Below are positions 27,522 through 38,031 of a stretch of DNA of 64,000 bases, piece by piece (within the stretch, counting starts at the first letter, position 1; every line of letters starts with the position of its first letter). The notes under the pieces were generated by a model. That model worked only from the letters and a program-made list of their open reading frames with translations. It was not told where the DNA came from and ran no database searches. The DNA comes from a virus: IMG/VR virus record IMGVR_UViG_3300017824_001452; one strand, 5' to 3'. A program made the position numbers and the translations under genes.

Positions 27522-28280
27522 ATGGCAAATTATATGTTGATTGCGGGGTGTAGTCATGCCGCTGGTTCGGAAATAGATGGGAACTTATCAAGCCCAGAAA
27601 ATCGTCAAGCAAGTTTTGGTAACCAATTAGCAAAAATGATGGATCATGTTCCCATCAATATTGCAAGGAACGGTTCTTCTAATGGTGCTATACATCGTAG
27701 TGTACTAAATTGGTTTACACTTAACCAAGATTTAGTGTCAAATAAAGCAAACAACCTTTTTGTTTTAGTCAATTGGGCAGAGAGTTGTAGAATAGAAGCA
27801 CCTGTTCCACACGATGTAGGTATTGACCAAGATACTTGTGCTGATTGGGCAGACCCATCATTTTTAAGTTCAGTTCAAGTAAATGCAATGACAGATCCAC
27901 ATCATGTTGCTCCGCAAGAAAAAGAACAGTTTTTAACAGCACAAAGATTTTTGGTATATTCAGAAATTTATACTGAATGTCTGACTGCCAAGGATGCTTT
28001 ATCATTGCAATATTTTTTCAAAGCAGAAAATATCAGATATCTAATGACAAATTCTGGTATTGCTTTTAACAATAGAAATATGAAATGGTTAAGACCTTAT
28101 TTGTCAAAAATTGATGCCAAACGTTATTACATGTATAGAGACAATAAGTATGGTTTCTATGAAAAATATAAAGAAGCAGGAATGATTAACCCAAATGCCA
28201 AATATGGCCATCATGGAGCAGACGCACATCTATCCAGAGCCACTGATTTGTTTAATTATATAAAACAGAAAAACATTTAG
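27522..28280 (+). CDS. SGNH/GDSL-like hydrolase
   Basis: IAGCSHAAG, NIARNGSSN, C-terminal GHHG..AH. Confidence 0.65.
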   Translation: MANYMLIAGCSHAAGSEIDGNLSSPENRQASFGNQLAKMMDHVPINIARNGSSNGAIHRSVLNWFTLNQDLVSNKANNLFVLVNWAESCRIEAPVPHDVGIDQDTCADWADPSFLSSVQVNAMTDPHHVAPQEKEQFLTAQRFLVYSEIYTECLTAKDALSLQYFFKAENIRYLMTNSGIAFNNRNMKWLRPYLSKIDAKRYYMYRDNKYGFYEKYKEAGMINPNAKYGHHGADAHLSRATDLFNYIKQKNI

Positions 28281-28313
28281 ACTGATAAATACTAGAAATA
28301 GGAATTTATCAAT

Positions 28314-29099
28314 ATGTCATCAGAACAACTAGCAGTACCAAACGGAGAAAACCTCGAGCAGTTAAAAGAAAATATGTTCGACAACATCCGTTATAGGTTG
28401 GGCGACGGTATTGTAGACTTAGAATTAGATCCAGAACATTATGAAGCCGCATATAACTATTGCATTAAAACATATAGACAACGTGCAGAGAATTCAGTAC
28501 AAGAATCTTATACTTTATTGACAATAGAAAAAGATATTGATACATACACACTTCCTACTGAATTTATTAATGTAAGGCAATGTTTCAGACGTACAATCGG
28601 TCTTGAAACTGGTCCAGCCGCATCATCATTCGATCCATTCTCATCTGCTATTCTAAACACTTACTTGTTAAACTATAATTATGCAGGTGGATTAGCAACA
28701 TATGACTTCTATGCAGGGTATGTAGAACTTGCCGCTAGAATGTTTGGTGGATTTGTTATCTATACTTTTGATCCAGTAACTAAAACAATTAGATTTGTTA
28801 GAGACTTCAAAGGATCAGGTGAACAAGTTCTTATTTGGGCTGACATCCAACGCCCAGAAACATCTTTATTGCAAGATCCGGGCATTGCACCTTGGATTGA
28901 AGATTTTACATTAGCAACTGTAACTATTTCTATTGGCCAAGCACGTGAAAAATTCTCAACTATTGCAGGCCCTGCAGGTGGCACTGCTCTTAATGGAGCG
29001 GCAATGAAGGCTGAAGGATTAGCAGGGCAAGAAAAATGTCTTAAAGACTTGCGTGATTACGTAGATTACTCACAACCTCTTACTTGGATACAGGGCTAA
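28314..29099 (+). CDS. neck protein (T4 gp13-like)
   Basis: RLG...V..EL...H; W..D..LA.....IG..R.KF..I.GP.GG..LNG; late promoter 28286-28291. Confidence 0.8.
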   Translation: MSSEQLAVPNGENLEQLKENMFDNIRYRLGDGIVDLELDPEHYEAAYNYCIKTYRQRAENSVQESYTLLTIEKDIDTYTLPTEFINVRQCFRRTIGLETGPAASSFDPFSSAILNTYLLNYNYAGGLATYDFYAGYVELAARMFGGFVIYTFDPVTKTIRFVRDFKGSGEQVLIWADIQRPETSLLQDPGIAPWIEDFTLATVTISIGQAREKFSTIAGPAGGTALNGAAMKAEGLAGQEKCLKDLRDYVDYSQPLTWIQG

Positions 29100-29108
29100 T
29101 CACATTGC

Positions 29109-30428
29109 ATGACGATTCATAGTTGTCAACTTACAGAATCAATTTGGTGTCTTAATGTAGAATGCGGACATGATCGCAATATACCATTCAATGGACACAT
29201 CGATTCTGCTGAACCATATGACACTCAACAAATCGAACATTTAATTATTGGTTTTATGTTGTATGAGCCACAATGTGGCTGGGATTATACAAAATGGACA
29301 AAGCAGACTTTAGAATATTTACACACAAGTCAAATGTTCCCCAAGTTAACACATGTGTATTTACTACATGAAGGAACTAGAGTTAACATAAATGAATTGC
29401 CTGATCACTATATGGTCTTTGGACACAACACTCGATATTTTTTACTAAGGTCCGAAGGAACAGAAGAAAGAAGTTATGGATTAGATAATAACAATAGTTG
29501 GTTAGATACTTTTCAGAATAAAGATCGTAAAGCACTTTGGTTAATTGGAGACATTTCAGGTAGACCCCACAAACTACCTTTGTTGTATAAATTTTTAAAA
29601 GAAAATACACTTGAACATTTAGATTATTCTTTAACAAATACACTAAACAATTATGAAAACCCTTTTAAAGATTTCGATACACAAGATTATCAACCAATAT
29701 TAGATGCTATCGATGAAAATTTAACATTAGACGACTTAGTAAAAATTTATAATCAACTTAAAAAAACATTGCCCGGAGATAGATTCACTGAAGTGACAGA
29801 AAAAGGTTTAGTAAATAGTTTTGACCTTGCTAACTATCTTTTTCCCGATGAATGGAATGATGCATCATTAATTGTTATGCCTGAGACATGGTTTGATAAT
29901 CCTAATCCTCCTCACTGGCAATATTATACTGAAGAAGTAAATGAAGAAATGGAAGTTCGTCCTTTTTGGGAACATAACATTTATGCTACTACAGAAAAAA
30001 CTTGGAAACCTATTGTAACTAAGAAACCTTTTATAGGAATTAGTAAAAATGATTTACAAGAAAAAACATTAGAAGGGTTAGGGTTTAAAACATTTAGAAA
30101 ATATACATCTGAACCTGATCTAATAGTAGACCGTGGTTATGGAGAGCCTTCATTAGAAACAAAAACATATATTGACATTGCACATAAAAGAATAATTTCT
30201 TTTTTAGAATATATGGAAGGCTATAAGTACGGTATAATGGAAGATATCGAATATAATTACAAACATTGGAAATATGTGTTAGACCAAGAATGGCAATTAT
30301 TATACCGATTTTGTCCTCCATTAAAACATGTCCCCAAACAGAAAATCTTACGAATGTTTATAACACCCTATGACCACAACATATACACAAACACGATTGA
30401 CAAATATTCTGGGAAAATTGTTCAATAA
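29109..30428 (+). CDS. hypothetical protein, glycosyltransferase (GT10)-like motif
   Basis: IVMPETWF...TEKTWKPI..KKPFI...LGFKTF resembles the GT10 E...TEK...P motif. Confidence 0.45.
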   Translation: MTIHSCQLTESIWCLNVECGHDRNIPFNGHIDSAEPYDTQQIEHLIIGFMLYEPQCGWDYTKWTKQTLEYLHTSQMFPKLTHVYLLHEGTRVNINELPDHYMVFGHNTRYFLLRSEGTEERSYGLDNNNSWLDTFQNKDRKALWLIGDISGRPHKLPLLYKFLKENTLEHLDYSLTNTLNNYENPFKDFDTQDYQPILDAIDENLTLDDLVKIYNQLKKTLPGDRFTEVTEKGLVNSFDLANYLFPDEWNDASLIVMPETWFDNPNPPHWQYYTEEVNEEMEVRPFWEHNIYATTEKTWKPIVTKKPFIGISKNDLQEKTLEGLGFKTFRKYTSEPDLIVDRGYGEPSLETKTYIDIAHKRIISFLEYMEGYKYGIMEDIEYNYKHWKYVLDQEWQLLYRFCPPLKHVPKQKILRMFITPYDHNIYTNTIDKYSGKIVQ

Positions 30429-30433
30429 AATAC

Positions 30434-30462
30434 TTGACACTCTTTTATAAATCCTGTATAAT
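30434..30462 (+). promoter_or_regulatory. consensus sigma70 promoter
   Basis: TTGACA-N17-TATAAT. Confidence 0.9.
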
Positions 30463-30491
30463 ATTATTACTTTACTACAGGACTATCCAAT

Positions 30492-31112
30492 ATGATTATA
30501 GGTATTACAGGACTTATCGGCAGTGGCAAAGACACTGCGGCTGACTATCTTATCAGATTTCATGGTTTTAGAAAACTCAGTTATGCAGGTCCTCTAAAAG
30601 ATTGCGTATCTGCTATCTTTGGCTGGGACAGAGAAATGCTAGAAGGTACAACTCAATCTAGTAGAGAGTGGCGAGAAGAAGTTGACGAGTGGTGGGCAAA
30701 CCGATTAGACATGCCTCATTTAACTCCTCGTTGGGTATTACAGTATTGGGGAACTGAAGTAGGTAGACGATCATTTCATAATGATATTTGGGTATCGTCT
30801 ATCGAAAATCAATTACGTAAAATAGAAGATAACGTAGTTATTACTGATTGTAGATTTAAAAATGAGGTACAAGCAATTAAAAATGCAGGTGGAACTACAG
30901 TCAGAGTCAATCGAGGCGAACAACCTACATGGTTAAATGATGCAGTCGATTATAATTATTACGAAAACCCTCAAGCACTAGCAAGGTTAGTTGATTTAGG
31001 AGTTCATGCTAGTGAGTATAGTAGTGTCGGATTAGATTATGATTATCAAGTTGACAATAATGGTACAATCGATGAATTGCACAAACATATGGAGTTAATA
31101 GTCAACAGTTAA
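30492..31112 (+). CDS. deoxynucleoside monophosphate kinase (T4 gp1-like)
   Basis: GLIGSGKDT, TPRWVLQYWGTEVGR, ITDCRF.NE, HASE. Confidence 0.9.
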   Translation: MIIGITGLIGSGKDTAADYLIRFHGFRKLSYAGPLKDCVSAIFGWDREMLEGTTQSSREWREEVDEWWANRLDMPHLTPRWVLQYWGTEVGRRSFHNDIWVSSIENQLRKIEDNVVITDCRFKNEVQAIKNAGGTTVRVNRGEQPTWLNDAVDYNYYENPQALARLVDLGVHASEYSSVGLDYDYQVDNNGTIDELHKHMELIVNS

Positions 31113-31445
31113 ATCTCCCCTGTGCCACATTACATGTTTTCTTTTTACAACTTCAATACAATTTAAACATATCGTTCTTAAATTTGTAAAATCTGTATTT
31201 TGAGGTCTTCCGTCTATATGATACACTACCATTTGTGTAGAATATAAACTTTTAAATCCACATAAAAAACAATTATCTTGTTTTTCATATCCTGCTCTTT
31301 GCCAAAGATATATGGGCTTTCTTGTTTTGTTTACTTTACCGCATTGATTGCACATACTTCTATAATGTCGTTTGCCGTTCTTAATATAGTTTACGGCACA
31401 AACTTTTCTGTTGCAAATCTTACATATTGGTCTAGGTAAACTCAT
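31095..31445 (-). CDS. HNH endonuclease-like zinc-binding protein
   Basis: Several CxxC; HIDG...N...NL...CLNC; TATAAATA 5 nt before ATG. Confidence 0.7.
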   Translation of the reverse strand: MSLPRPICKICNRKVCAVNYIKNGKRHYRSMCNQCGKVNKTRKPIYLWQRAGYEKQDNCFLCGFKSLYSTQMVVYHIDGRPQNTDFTNLRTICLNCIEVVKRKHVMWHRGDLTVDY

Positions 31446-31506
31446 AACTGTATTTATAAAAATGCCTTCGAAGGTATGTTAAACCATAAATTTTTGTGCA
31501 ACAAGA

Positions 31507-31512
31507 TAAATA
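31507..31512 (+). promoter_or_regulatory. late promoter of tail sheath gene
   Basis: GATAAATA-ATAGT-ATG; 17-mer identical to 12530-12546. Confidence 0.75.
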
Positions 31513-31570
31513 ATAGTATGAAAAAACAATCAGGGTGTAACCCTCAAAATCATACAAAAGGAATATTATT

Positions 31571-34500
31571 ATGGCACTAACATCACCAGGCGTAGAAGTA
31601 AGCATCATTGATGAAAGTCAATACTTGCCAGGCGCAACAGCATCGATTCCCTTCTTCTTGTTAGCAACAGCACAAGATAAAGCGGATCCAACATCAACAG
31701 CAACTGCGGCAGCCACAACAGCCGCAAACGCAGGTAAATTATACAGAGTAACTTCTCAACGTGATCTAGTTACTTTATATGGTAACCCATTCTTTTACAC
31801 AGCATCAAACGGTACTCCGTTGCAAGGCTATGAGTTAAATGAATATGGACTATTAGCGGCTTACTCAGCACTTGGTATTTCAAATCAAGTATTTGTATTA
31901 AGAGCAGACGTTGATCTAGCAAGTTTAGTAGGATCAACAGGTCGTCCAACAGGGGCACCACAAAACGGTTCGTTTTGGTTAAACACAACTTCTTCTACAT
32001 GGGGAATCAATGAGTTTAATTCAACAACAGGAGCATTTACAGCAAAAGCACCAATCGTTATCTCTGACTCTACTTTAGTGTCAATAGGTACACCTCTACA
32101 ATCAGTAGGAAATATCGGTGACTATGCAGTAGTTGCTATACCTAATTATAGAAACCCTAACAATGACAATGCACCTACATATTGGTACAAGAATCGTCAG
32201 AATACATGGGTTGGTTTAGATTCAGTAGACTGGTTCAAGGCATGGCCTTCAATCACTTGTCCTACTTCTAATCCTACATTAACACAAGGCGATACAATCG
32301 ACTTGATCGTTAACGGTACAAACTTAGCACAACTTACTGTATCAGCGGCTCCTAACAACACTATTTCTCAGTTAGCGGCAGACATTAACTCATTAGGTTG
32401 GGAATATGTTTCAGCGGCAGTAGTTGATAACAAACTTGAAGTTTATTCTTCACAGACAGGTGGAGATCAAGGTAGTTCAAACGTACCATTCTACATTAGA
32501 TTTGCTAACGCAACAGGTACTATCTTTACAGACTTAGGATTTACAGGTACTAACGTAACTGGCTTCCAACCAAGAGCATTATATGGTACATCTGCTCAAC
32601 AGCCATTATGGCAATCAGGACAGGCTCAGCCTGCTCCGACTGGCTCTGTATGGATTAAGGTTGACGGAACAGGATTACAACCAGTAATTTCTGAATATGA
32701 TTCTACATCATCTTCATATACTGCTAAAACACCTACTTTTGCAGACTCTGATTGGGCACAAATCTATTCAGCAGACTCAACAGGTGGACAAGCAATTCCA
32801 GCAGGAAGTGTTTATGCACAATATGGATTTAACGGTGAGTACACAGCGGCTCCAGTATACTACTTCTATAGAGTAGCAACAGGTGCAACAGTAATTAATG
32901 GTACAAACACTGCACCAGACTTTACTTCAGGACCATATGTAGCAAGAGTTCAGATTTCAACTCCAGGTTCACAAACATTAAGTACCCCTTATACATTTAA
33001 CTTGGGTGATGCAACTGATGCATCTGACTTTGTAACTGCATGGTCAGCGGCGAACATTCCTTACACTTCAGCAAGTGTAAACGATGATGGTTCAATTCAA
33101 ATTCAACACACTTCAGGTGGTGTTATTATCTTAGATGATTATGACAACGTAACAGGTGTATCTTCTGGTTTATTCTCAGAAGCCGGCTTTACAACTGCAA
33201 CAGCAGGTTGTAAGACAGGACCATTCAGAGATGATATCTCATTTACTCCTACTCAGAGTTCTACATCAGGGTCAGGTACTGCATTATCAATCGCAGTAAC
33301 TAATGACTATGGTTATTATGACTTTGATCCGGATGCAGTAGTAAACGGCGGTACAGGTCATGCTGTAGGTGACGTAGTTACTTTCTCAGGTGCAGACTTG
33401 GGCGGTGCTTCACCAGCAAATGACTTACAAGTAAAAGTTACAAGTGTTACAGCAGGCGTTGTTACATCTTATACTTTAAGTACAGGTACAGGCGCAGATG
33501 CGTTCACAACTCAGTTGTCTAACTGGAGAGAGTTCTCATTAACAACTTCAGGTGCTGATTCATTAACAGCAAACGAAGGTGCTCCGACTGCAATACCTAG
33601 CAACTTTACTAACTGGTACTATTCAACAACTGATCAAGTAGATATTATGATCAACTATGACGGTAATTGGAAGGGTTATAGCCAACAAGGTTATGATGGT
33701 AATGGTTTACCTAGCCCATCAGTCGTAAATGCAACTGATCCTAATGGACCTATCGTAACTGCTAGTGAGCCTACTACTCAAAGTGACGGCACACCATTAG
33801 TATACGGTGATCTTTGGTTAGATACTTCTGACTTAGAAAACTATCCGTTACTTTACAGATGGCAGTCAGTACAAGCAACAGGTGGCGGTAGTGCTACTGA
33901 TAAGTGGGTCTTAATTGACAACTCAGATCAAACTACACCACAAGGTATCTTGTTTAAAGATGCACGTTGGGCAACTAACGGAACAACTAACCCAGCAAAT
34001 GATCCGATGCCGACCATCAAATCATTGCTAGGAAGTGATTACTTAGATGTTGATGCTCCGTTATCATCAAATTACCCACAAGGTATGTTGCTTTGGAACA
34101 CAAGACGTTCTTCATACAACGTGAAGCAATATCGTGTAAACTACTTTAACAACGACAGATTCCCGAATGACACTTTACCAACACAGAAAGATGCATGGGT
34201 ATCTGCTTCAGGTGATGCATCTAACGGTGCAATGAATGCAGGTCGTAAGGCACAAAGAGCAATGGTAACACAAGCATTACGTTCAGCAATTGACTCTAAC
34301 GTTGCAATTAGAGACGAAGATAACTACTTCAACTTACAAGCAACACCGGGTTATCCTGAACTACAACCTAACATGATCGCATTGAACTCTGATAGAGGTG
34401 AGACTTCTTACATTGTTGGTGATACACCAATGAGACTGAAAGATGATGCAACTGAAATTCAGGCTTGGGCAACTAACGCCGCAGGTGCAACAACTACAGG

Positions 34501-35179
34501 TGAAGATGGACTTGTAAGTAGAAATACTTATATGGGTCTATTCTACCCATCAGGTATCACTAGTGATCTATCAGGTAACTTAGTTGCTGTTCCTTCATCA
34601 CACATGATGGTCAGAACTATGTTGCGTAATGACAATATTGCTTATCCTTGGTTAGCACCAGCAGGTACTAGACGTGGTATAATCGATAATGCTACAAGCA
34701 TCGGATACATCGATGACGAAGGCGAGTTTAACTCAATCAGAACACGTATTGGAATTAGAGATGTGTTATACACTAACTTTATTAACCCAATGGTATTCTT
34801 TACAGGTAATGGATTATTGAACTATGGTAACAAAACTTCATTTGATTCATCATCTGCATTAGACAGAGTAAACGTAGCAAGATTAGTTGCTTACATACGT
34901 AGACAATTAATATTAGCCGCGAGACCATTTGTCTTTGAACCTAATGACCCTCAAACAAGAAAATCTATTAAAGCAGTAGTAGAATCATTGTTCCAGGATC
35001 TAGTTTCAAAACGAGGATTATATGACTACTCAGTAGTTTGTGATGATTCTAACAACACTCCAGCAAGAATTGATCGAAATGAACTTTGGATTGACATAGC
35101 AGTAGAGCCCGTGAAAGCCGCTGAGTTTATCTACGTTCCGGTCAGAATATTCAACACTGGTGAGTTATCAGGATCTTAA
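31571..35179 (+). CDS. contractile tail sheath protein (gp18-like), enlarged
   Basis: LTSPGVEV, PWLAPAG.RRG, DRVNVARL, FEPND, VCD.SNNTP..IDRNEL, P.KAAEFI. Confidence 0.95.
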   Translation: MALTSPGVEVSIIDESQYLPGATASIPFFLLATAQDKADPTSTATAAATTAANAGKLYRVTSQRDLVTLYGNPFFYTASNGTPLQGYELNEYGLLAAYSALGISNQVFVLRADVDLASLVGSTGRPTGAPQNGSFWLNTTSSTWGINEFNSTTGAFTAKAPIVISDSTLVSIGTPLQSVGNIGDYAVVAIPNYRNPNNDNAPTYWYKNRQNTWVGLDSVDWFKAWPSITCPTSNPTLTQGDTIDLIVNGTNLAQLTVSAAPNNTISQLAADINSLGWEYVSAAVVDNKLEVYSSQTGGDQGSSNVPFYIRFANATGTIFTDLGFTGTNVTGFQPRALYGTSAQQPLWQSGQAQPAPTGSVWIKVDGTGLQPVISEYDSTSSSYTAKTPTFADSDWAQIYSADSTGGQAIPAGSVYAQYGFNGEYTAAPVYYFYRVATGATVINGTNTAPDFTSGPYVARVQISTPGSQTLSTPYTFNLGDATDASDFVTAWSAANIPYTSASVNDDGSIQIQHTSGGVIILDDYDNVTGVSSGLFSEAGFTTATAGCKTGPFRDDISFTPTQSSTSGSGTALSIAVTNDYGYYDFDPDAVVNGGTGHAVGDVVTFSGADLGGASPANDLQVKVTSVTAGVVTSYTLSTGTGADAFTTQLSNWREFSLTTSGADSLTANEGAPTAIPSNFTNWYYSTTDQVDIMINYDGNWKGYSQQGYDGNGLPSPSVVNATDPNGPIVTASEPTTQSDGTPLVYGDLWLDTSDLENYPLLYRWQSVQATGGGSATDKWVLIDNSDQTTPQGILFKDARWATNGTTNPANDPMPTIKSLLGSDYLDVDAPLSSNYPQGMLLWNTRRSSYNVKQYRVNYFNNDRFPNDTLPTQKDAWVSASGDASNGAMNAGRKAQRAMVTQALRSAIDSNVAIRDEDNYFNLQATPGYPELQPNMIALNSDRGETSYIVGDTPMRLKDDATEIQAWATNAAGATTTGEDGLVSRNTYMGLFYPSGITSDLSGNLVAVPSSHMMVRTMLRNDNIAYPWLAPAGTRRGIIDNATSIGYIDDEGEFNSIRTRIGIRDVLYTNFINPMVFFTGNGLLNYGNKTSFDSSSALDRVNVARLVAYIRRQLILAARPFVFEPNDPQTRKSIKAVVESLFQDLVSKRGLYDYSVVCDDSNNTPARIDRNELWIDIAVEPVKAAEFIYVPVRIFNTGELSGS

Positions 35180-35192
35180 TAAAAAAGATATA

Positions 35193-35214
35193 CAGAGAGG
35201 CTTCGGCCTCTCTG
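35193..35214 (+). terminator. stable cUUCGg hairpin (3' stabiliser or weak terminator)
   Basis: CAGAGAGGC-TTCG-GCCTCTCTG, no U-tract; late promoter follows at 35226-35231. Confidence 0.6.
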
Positions 35215-35264
35215 AATTAAAAAGATAAATATATATTAAGATATATTAAAACAGGAGATTAACA

Positions 35265-35912
35265 ATGGCAACAGCCTCAGATACATTAGCAAAACTTTCG
35301 GTACAACCTGAGGGAGGCGCTAACCAAAACTTGTTGATGCCAAAACTTCAATATAGATTCCGTGTGAACTTTATTAATTTTGGTTTTGACGATGATTCTT
35401 CACTTATTCTTACTAGACAAGTAGTAGACTGTGCGAGACCACAAGTTCAGTTTGACGAAATCACTATGAACGTGTATAACTCACGTGTCTATCTTGCTGG
35501 TAAACACACATGGCAAACACTTGCTATCAACGTCAGAGACGATGCTTCTGGTAATGTATCAAAAGCAGTTGGTGCTCAGTTACAACGTCAATTAGATTTC
35601 TATGAGCAGTCTTCAGCGGCAGCAGGTGGAGATTATAAATTTGAAACTGAAATTCAAATCTTAGACGGTGGTAACGGTATCAATACACCAACAGTATTAG
35701 AAAACTGGTCATTAGCAGGTTGTTTCTTACAACAAGCAAACTATCAGACTCTAAACTATGGTACATCTGATGCAGTGACTATTGCTATGACTCTACGTTA
35801 CGATAACGCAGTCCAGACAAATGCTGGCGGCGATCTAAACGGCGTACCGGGTGCTGGTGTTGGACAGTCTGGTCTACAGACATTCCCAAGTCAGATTGGT
35901 ACTGCTACGTAA
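35265..35912 (+). CDS. tail tube protein (gp19-like)
   Basis: PKLQYRFRV, RP...F.EI....YN...YLAGK..W; directly follows sheath. Confidence 0.9.
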   Translation: MATASDTLAKLSVQPEGGANQNLLMPKLQYRFRVNFINFGFDDDSSLILTRQVVDCARPQVQFDEITMNVYNSRVYLAGKHTWQTLAINVRDDASGNVSKAVGAQLQRQLDFYEQSSAAAGGDYKFETEIQILDGGNGINTPTVLENWSLAGCFLQQANYQTLNYGTSDAVTIAMTLRYDNAVQTNAGGDLNGVPGAGVGQSGLQTFPSQIGTAT

Positions 35913-35934
35913 GTATTAGAATTATTTTAAATAG

Positions 35935-35960
35935 AAAAACCGGTTTCGACCGGTTTTTTT
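35935..35960 (+). terminator. intrinsic terminator
   Basis: AAAAACCGGT-TTCG-ACCGGTTTTT-TT. Confidence 0.9.
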
Positions 35961-36004
35961 ATGGGTTTATTGTTTAGATAAATACTCTTATAGGAGAATA
36001 ATAT

Positions 36005-37186
36005 ATGTCGCAATGGCCTTTTACAACGTTACCGGACGATATACTTAACGCATTTGCAGGTAGAGTATATGTACGTGACTGGACACATGCCGCTAAAAAC
36101 TTTTTGCCCGGAGGCATGGCCAATGCAGGTAAGGTTAAATTTACTTTCCATACTTGGTTTGAAATTAATCCTACAGCATATCAACCCCCAACAGGACAAA
36201 ACTACGGATTACTTGTTAAATCAATTAAACTCCCCACATTTAATATGGATGTAACAGAAATGAATCAATACAATAGAAAACGTTTGATTCAATCAAAAAT
36301 TAAATATCAACCGATAGAAGTAACATTCCATGATGATAATGCATCGCAAGTTACTGCAATGTGGGACGCATATTATAGATATAACTATGCAGATGCATGG
36401 AATCCTATTGTTACACCTTTCAGTACAGCGCCTGCTATAAAAGATTATAATAGACGTAACATATATGATCCATCAATATCAGGTGATACTGAATATGGTT
36501 ATAGAGGAGATGCCCGAGGCGAAGGTGGAAATAGAGCAGACGGCGGAGAAAAAGTTCCTTTCTTTAATAACATTACTGTATATGGTATGTGGGCAGGAAA
36601 CTTTATAGCCTATACTTTAATTAATCCTATAATTACACAATTTGACCACGACACTTATGATTATTCAGACGGTGGCGGAACAATGCAAAATAGAATGACT
36701 ATCGACTATGAAACAGTAATATATAATTCAGGTAAGATAGGAGAAGATATAGAAGACGGTACAGGACTACCCCGACGTGAACTTAATGGAGATTTAGTAG
36801 CAGGATTCGGTGGACCGGATAGTTATGATTCAACTGAAAGTCCACTGGAACAGGGCGGTAATAATTTAATAGGTGATTTTCCACCTGCATTCTTAGGAGA
36901 CGATGCTTCAGCAGAAGATTATATACGATTCTTAAAAGAAACATATATAACTCAAGGATCAGGTTTAATTGAAACTGCAAAAGATCAAATACAAAACGGA
37001 ATTAGAGATGCAGTTTTTAATGCTTTAGGTATAGGTGGAGATACCGATACTCCAACAAACGGAGCAACACCGAGTATTGTAAACATTGCTAACCAAGGCA
37101 CAGTTACAGGTGCTAATAATAATAATACACAAGAAAGTCCACCGGCGGCAGGCTCACAAAATAGCGGCGGCACGGGAGGGGCATAA
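36005..37186 (+). CDS. tail tube initiator / baseplate (gp54/gp48-like tube paralogue)
   Basis: LVKSIKLP...NQYNRKR....I.Y.PI.VTFHDD tube-fold pattern; late promoter 35979-35984. Confidence 0.65.
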   Translation: MSQWPFTTLPDDILNAFAGRVYVRDWTHAAKNFLPGGMANAGKVKFTFHTWFEINPTAYQPPTGQNYGLLVKSIKLPTFNMDVTEMNQYNRKRLIQSKIKYQPIEVTFHDDNASQVTAMWDAYYRYNYADAWNPIVTPFSTAPAIKDYNRRNIYDPSISGDTEYGYRGDARGEGGNRADGGEKVPFFNNITVYGMWAGNFIAYTLINPIITQFDHDTYDYSDGGGTMQNRMTIDYETVIYNSGKIGEDIEDGTGLPRRELNGDLVAGFGGPDSYDSTESPLEQGGNNLIGDFPPAFLGDDASAEDYIRFLKETYITQGSGLIETAKDQIQNGIRDAVFNALGIGGDTDTPTNGATPSIVNIANQGTVTGANNNNTQESPPAAGSQNSGGTGGA

Positions 37187-37563
37187 TGCCAATAGAAATA
37201 ACATATAGAGAAAACACATTAGAAATTTTTGACACATATTACAGTGTGCCATTAAAAGTTAATGCCGCTGATTGGGATTCAGTATATTCATATTTCTTAG
37301 GTGTTTTAAAAGGTAATCCCGAATCTGAAAGAACTAAACAAACAGCATCACAATTTGCAACTACATTATTTAGAATAGCACAAGAAACAGGCACAAACAT
37401 TCAAATCTTTATGGATTACTTTAAGGCTAATGTACAAACAAAAGTTCAAGTAAACACAGAAATGGCTTTTTATCTCAATTTATTAAAGTCAAAAACAGCA
37501 TTGTATGGAGTATCAAAAGTGCCTACTCCTAATCAAGCAGTACAACGCAACGTATTGCCGTAG
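37186..37563 (+). CDS. hypothetical virion-assembly protein
   Basis: 125-aa ORF coupled in the late operon. Confidence 0.65.
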   Translation: MPIEITYRENTLEIFDTYYSVPLKVNAADWDSVYSYFLGVLKGNPESERTKQTASQFATTLFRIAQETGTNIQIFMDYFKANVQTKVQVNTEMAFYLNLLKSKTALYGVSKVPTPNQAVQRNVLP

Positions 37564-37572
37564 GGGTAACAA

Positions 37573-38019
37573 GTGCCTCGCAGAAAAAAATACGCACAAG
37601 GTATCTATACTGTAAAAAATCCACACAAATATGTAGGGAAAGGTAAACCTAAATACAGATCAGGTTGGGAACTTACATTTATGATTTTTTGTGATACTAA
37701 TGACAAAGTAATCAAGTGGGCGAGTGAGTCAATTGTTATTCCTTATTTACATCCTTTTAAAGGTAGAAGAACTAATTATGTTCCAGACTTTTTTATTGTT
37801 TACCAAGACAAATATGGAAGAACAAACGCAGAGTTAATAGAAATAAAACCCAAAGCAGAAAGTATTATAACAGAAAAAGTTAAAAATGCAAAGCAACGAG
37901 CAACAATTGCTATCAATCATGCCAAATGGAAATCAGCACAAGCATTCTGCAAAGCACAGGGTATTAAATTTAGAGTAGTTACAGAAGATGACCTTTTCTA
38001 CAATGGGCGTGGAAAGTAA
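37573..38019 (+). CDS. head completion nuclease (T4 gp4 / TnsA-like)
   Basis: N..KY.G, YRSGWE, WASE.I.IPY, YVPDF, EIKP, N.AKW. Confidence 0.88.
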   Translation: MPRRKKYAQGIYTVKNPHKYVGKGKPKYRSGWELTFMIFCDTNDKVIKWASESIVIPYLHPFKGRRTNYVPDFFIVYQDKYGRTNAELIEIKPKAESIITEKVKNAKQRATIAINHAKWKSAQAFCKAQGIKFRVVTEDDLFYNGRGK

Positions 38020-38031
38020 CTAAATAGATAT

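Noticed and set aside
31095-31445. Mobile homing endonuclease/intron
   Set aside because: Small free-standing HNH-like gene with its own late promoter; no interrupted host gene or intron structure visible
37573-38019. TnsA-like transposase suggesting a Tn7 element
   Set aside because: Context (tail tube, terminase-like neighbours) and motifs fit T4 gp4 head-completion protein; no TnsB/C or terminal repeats
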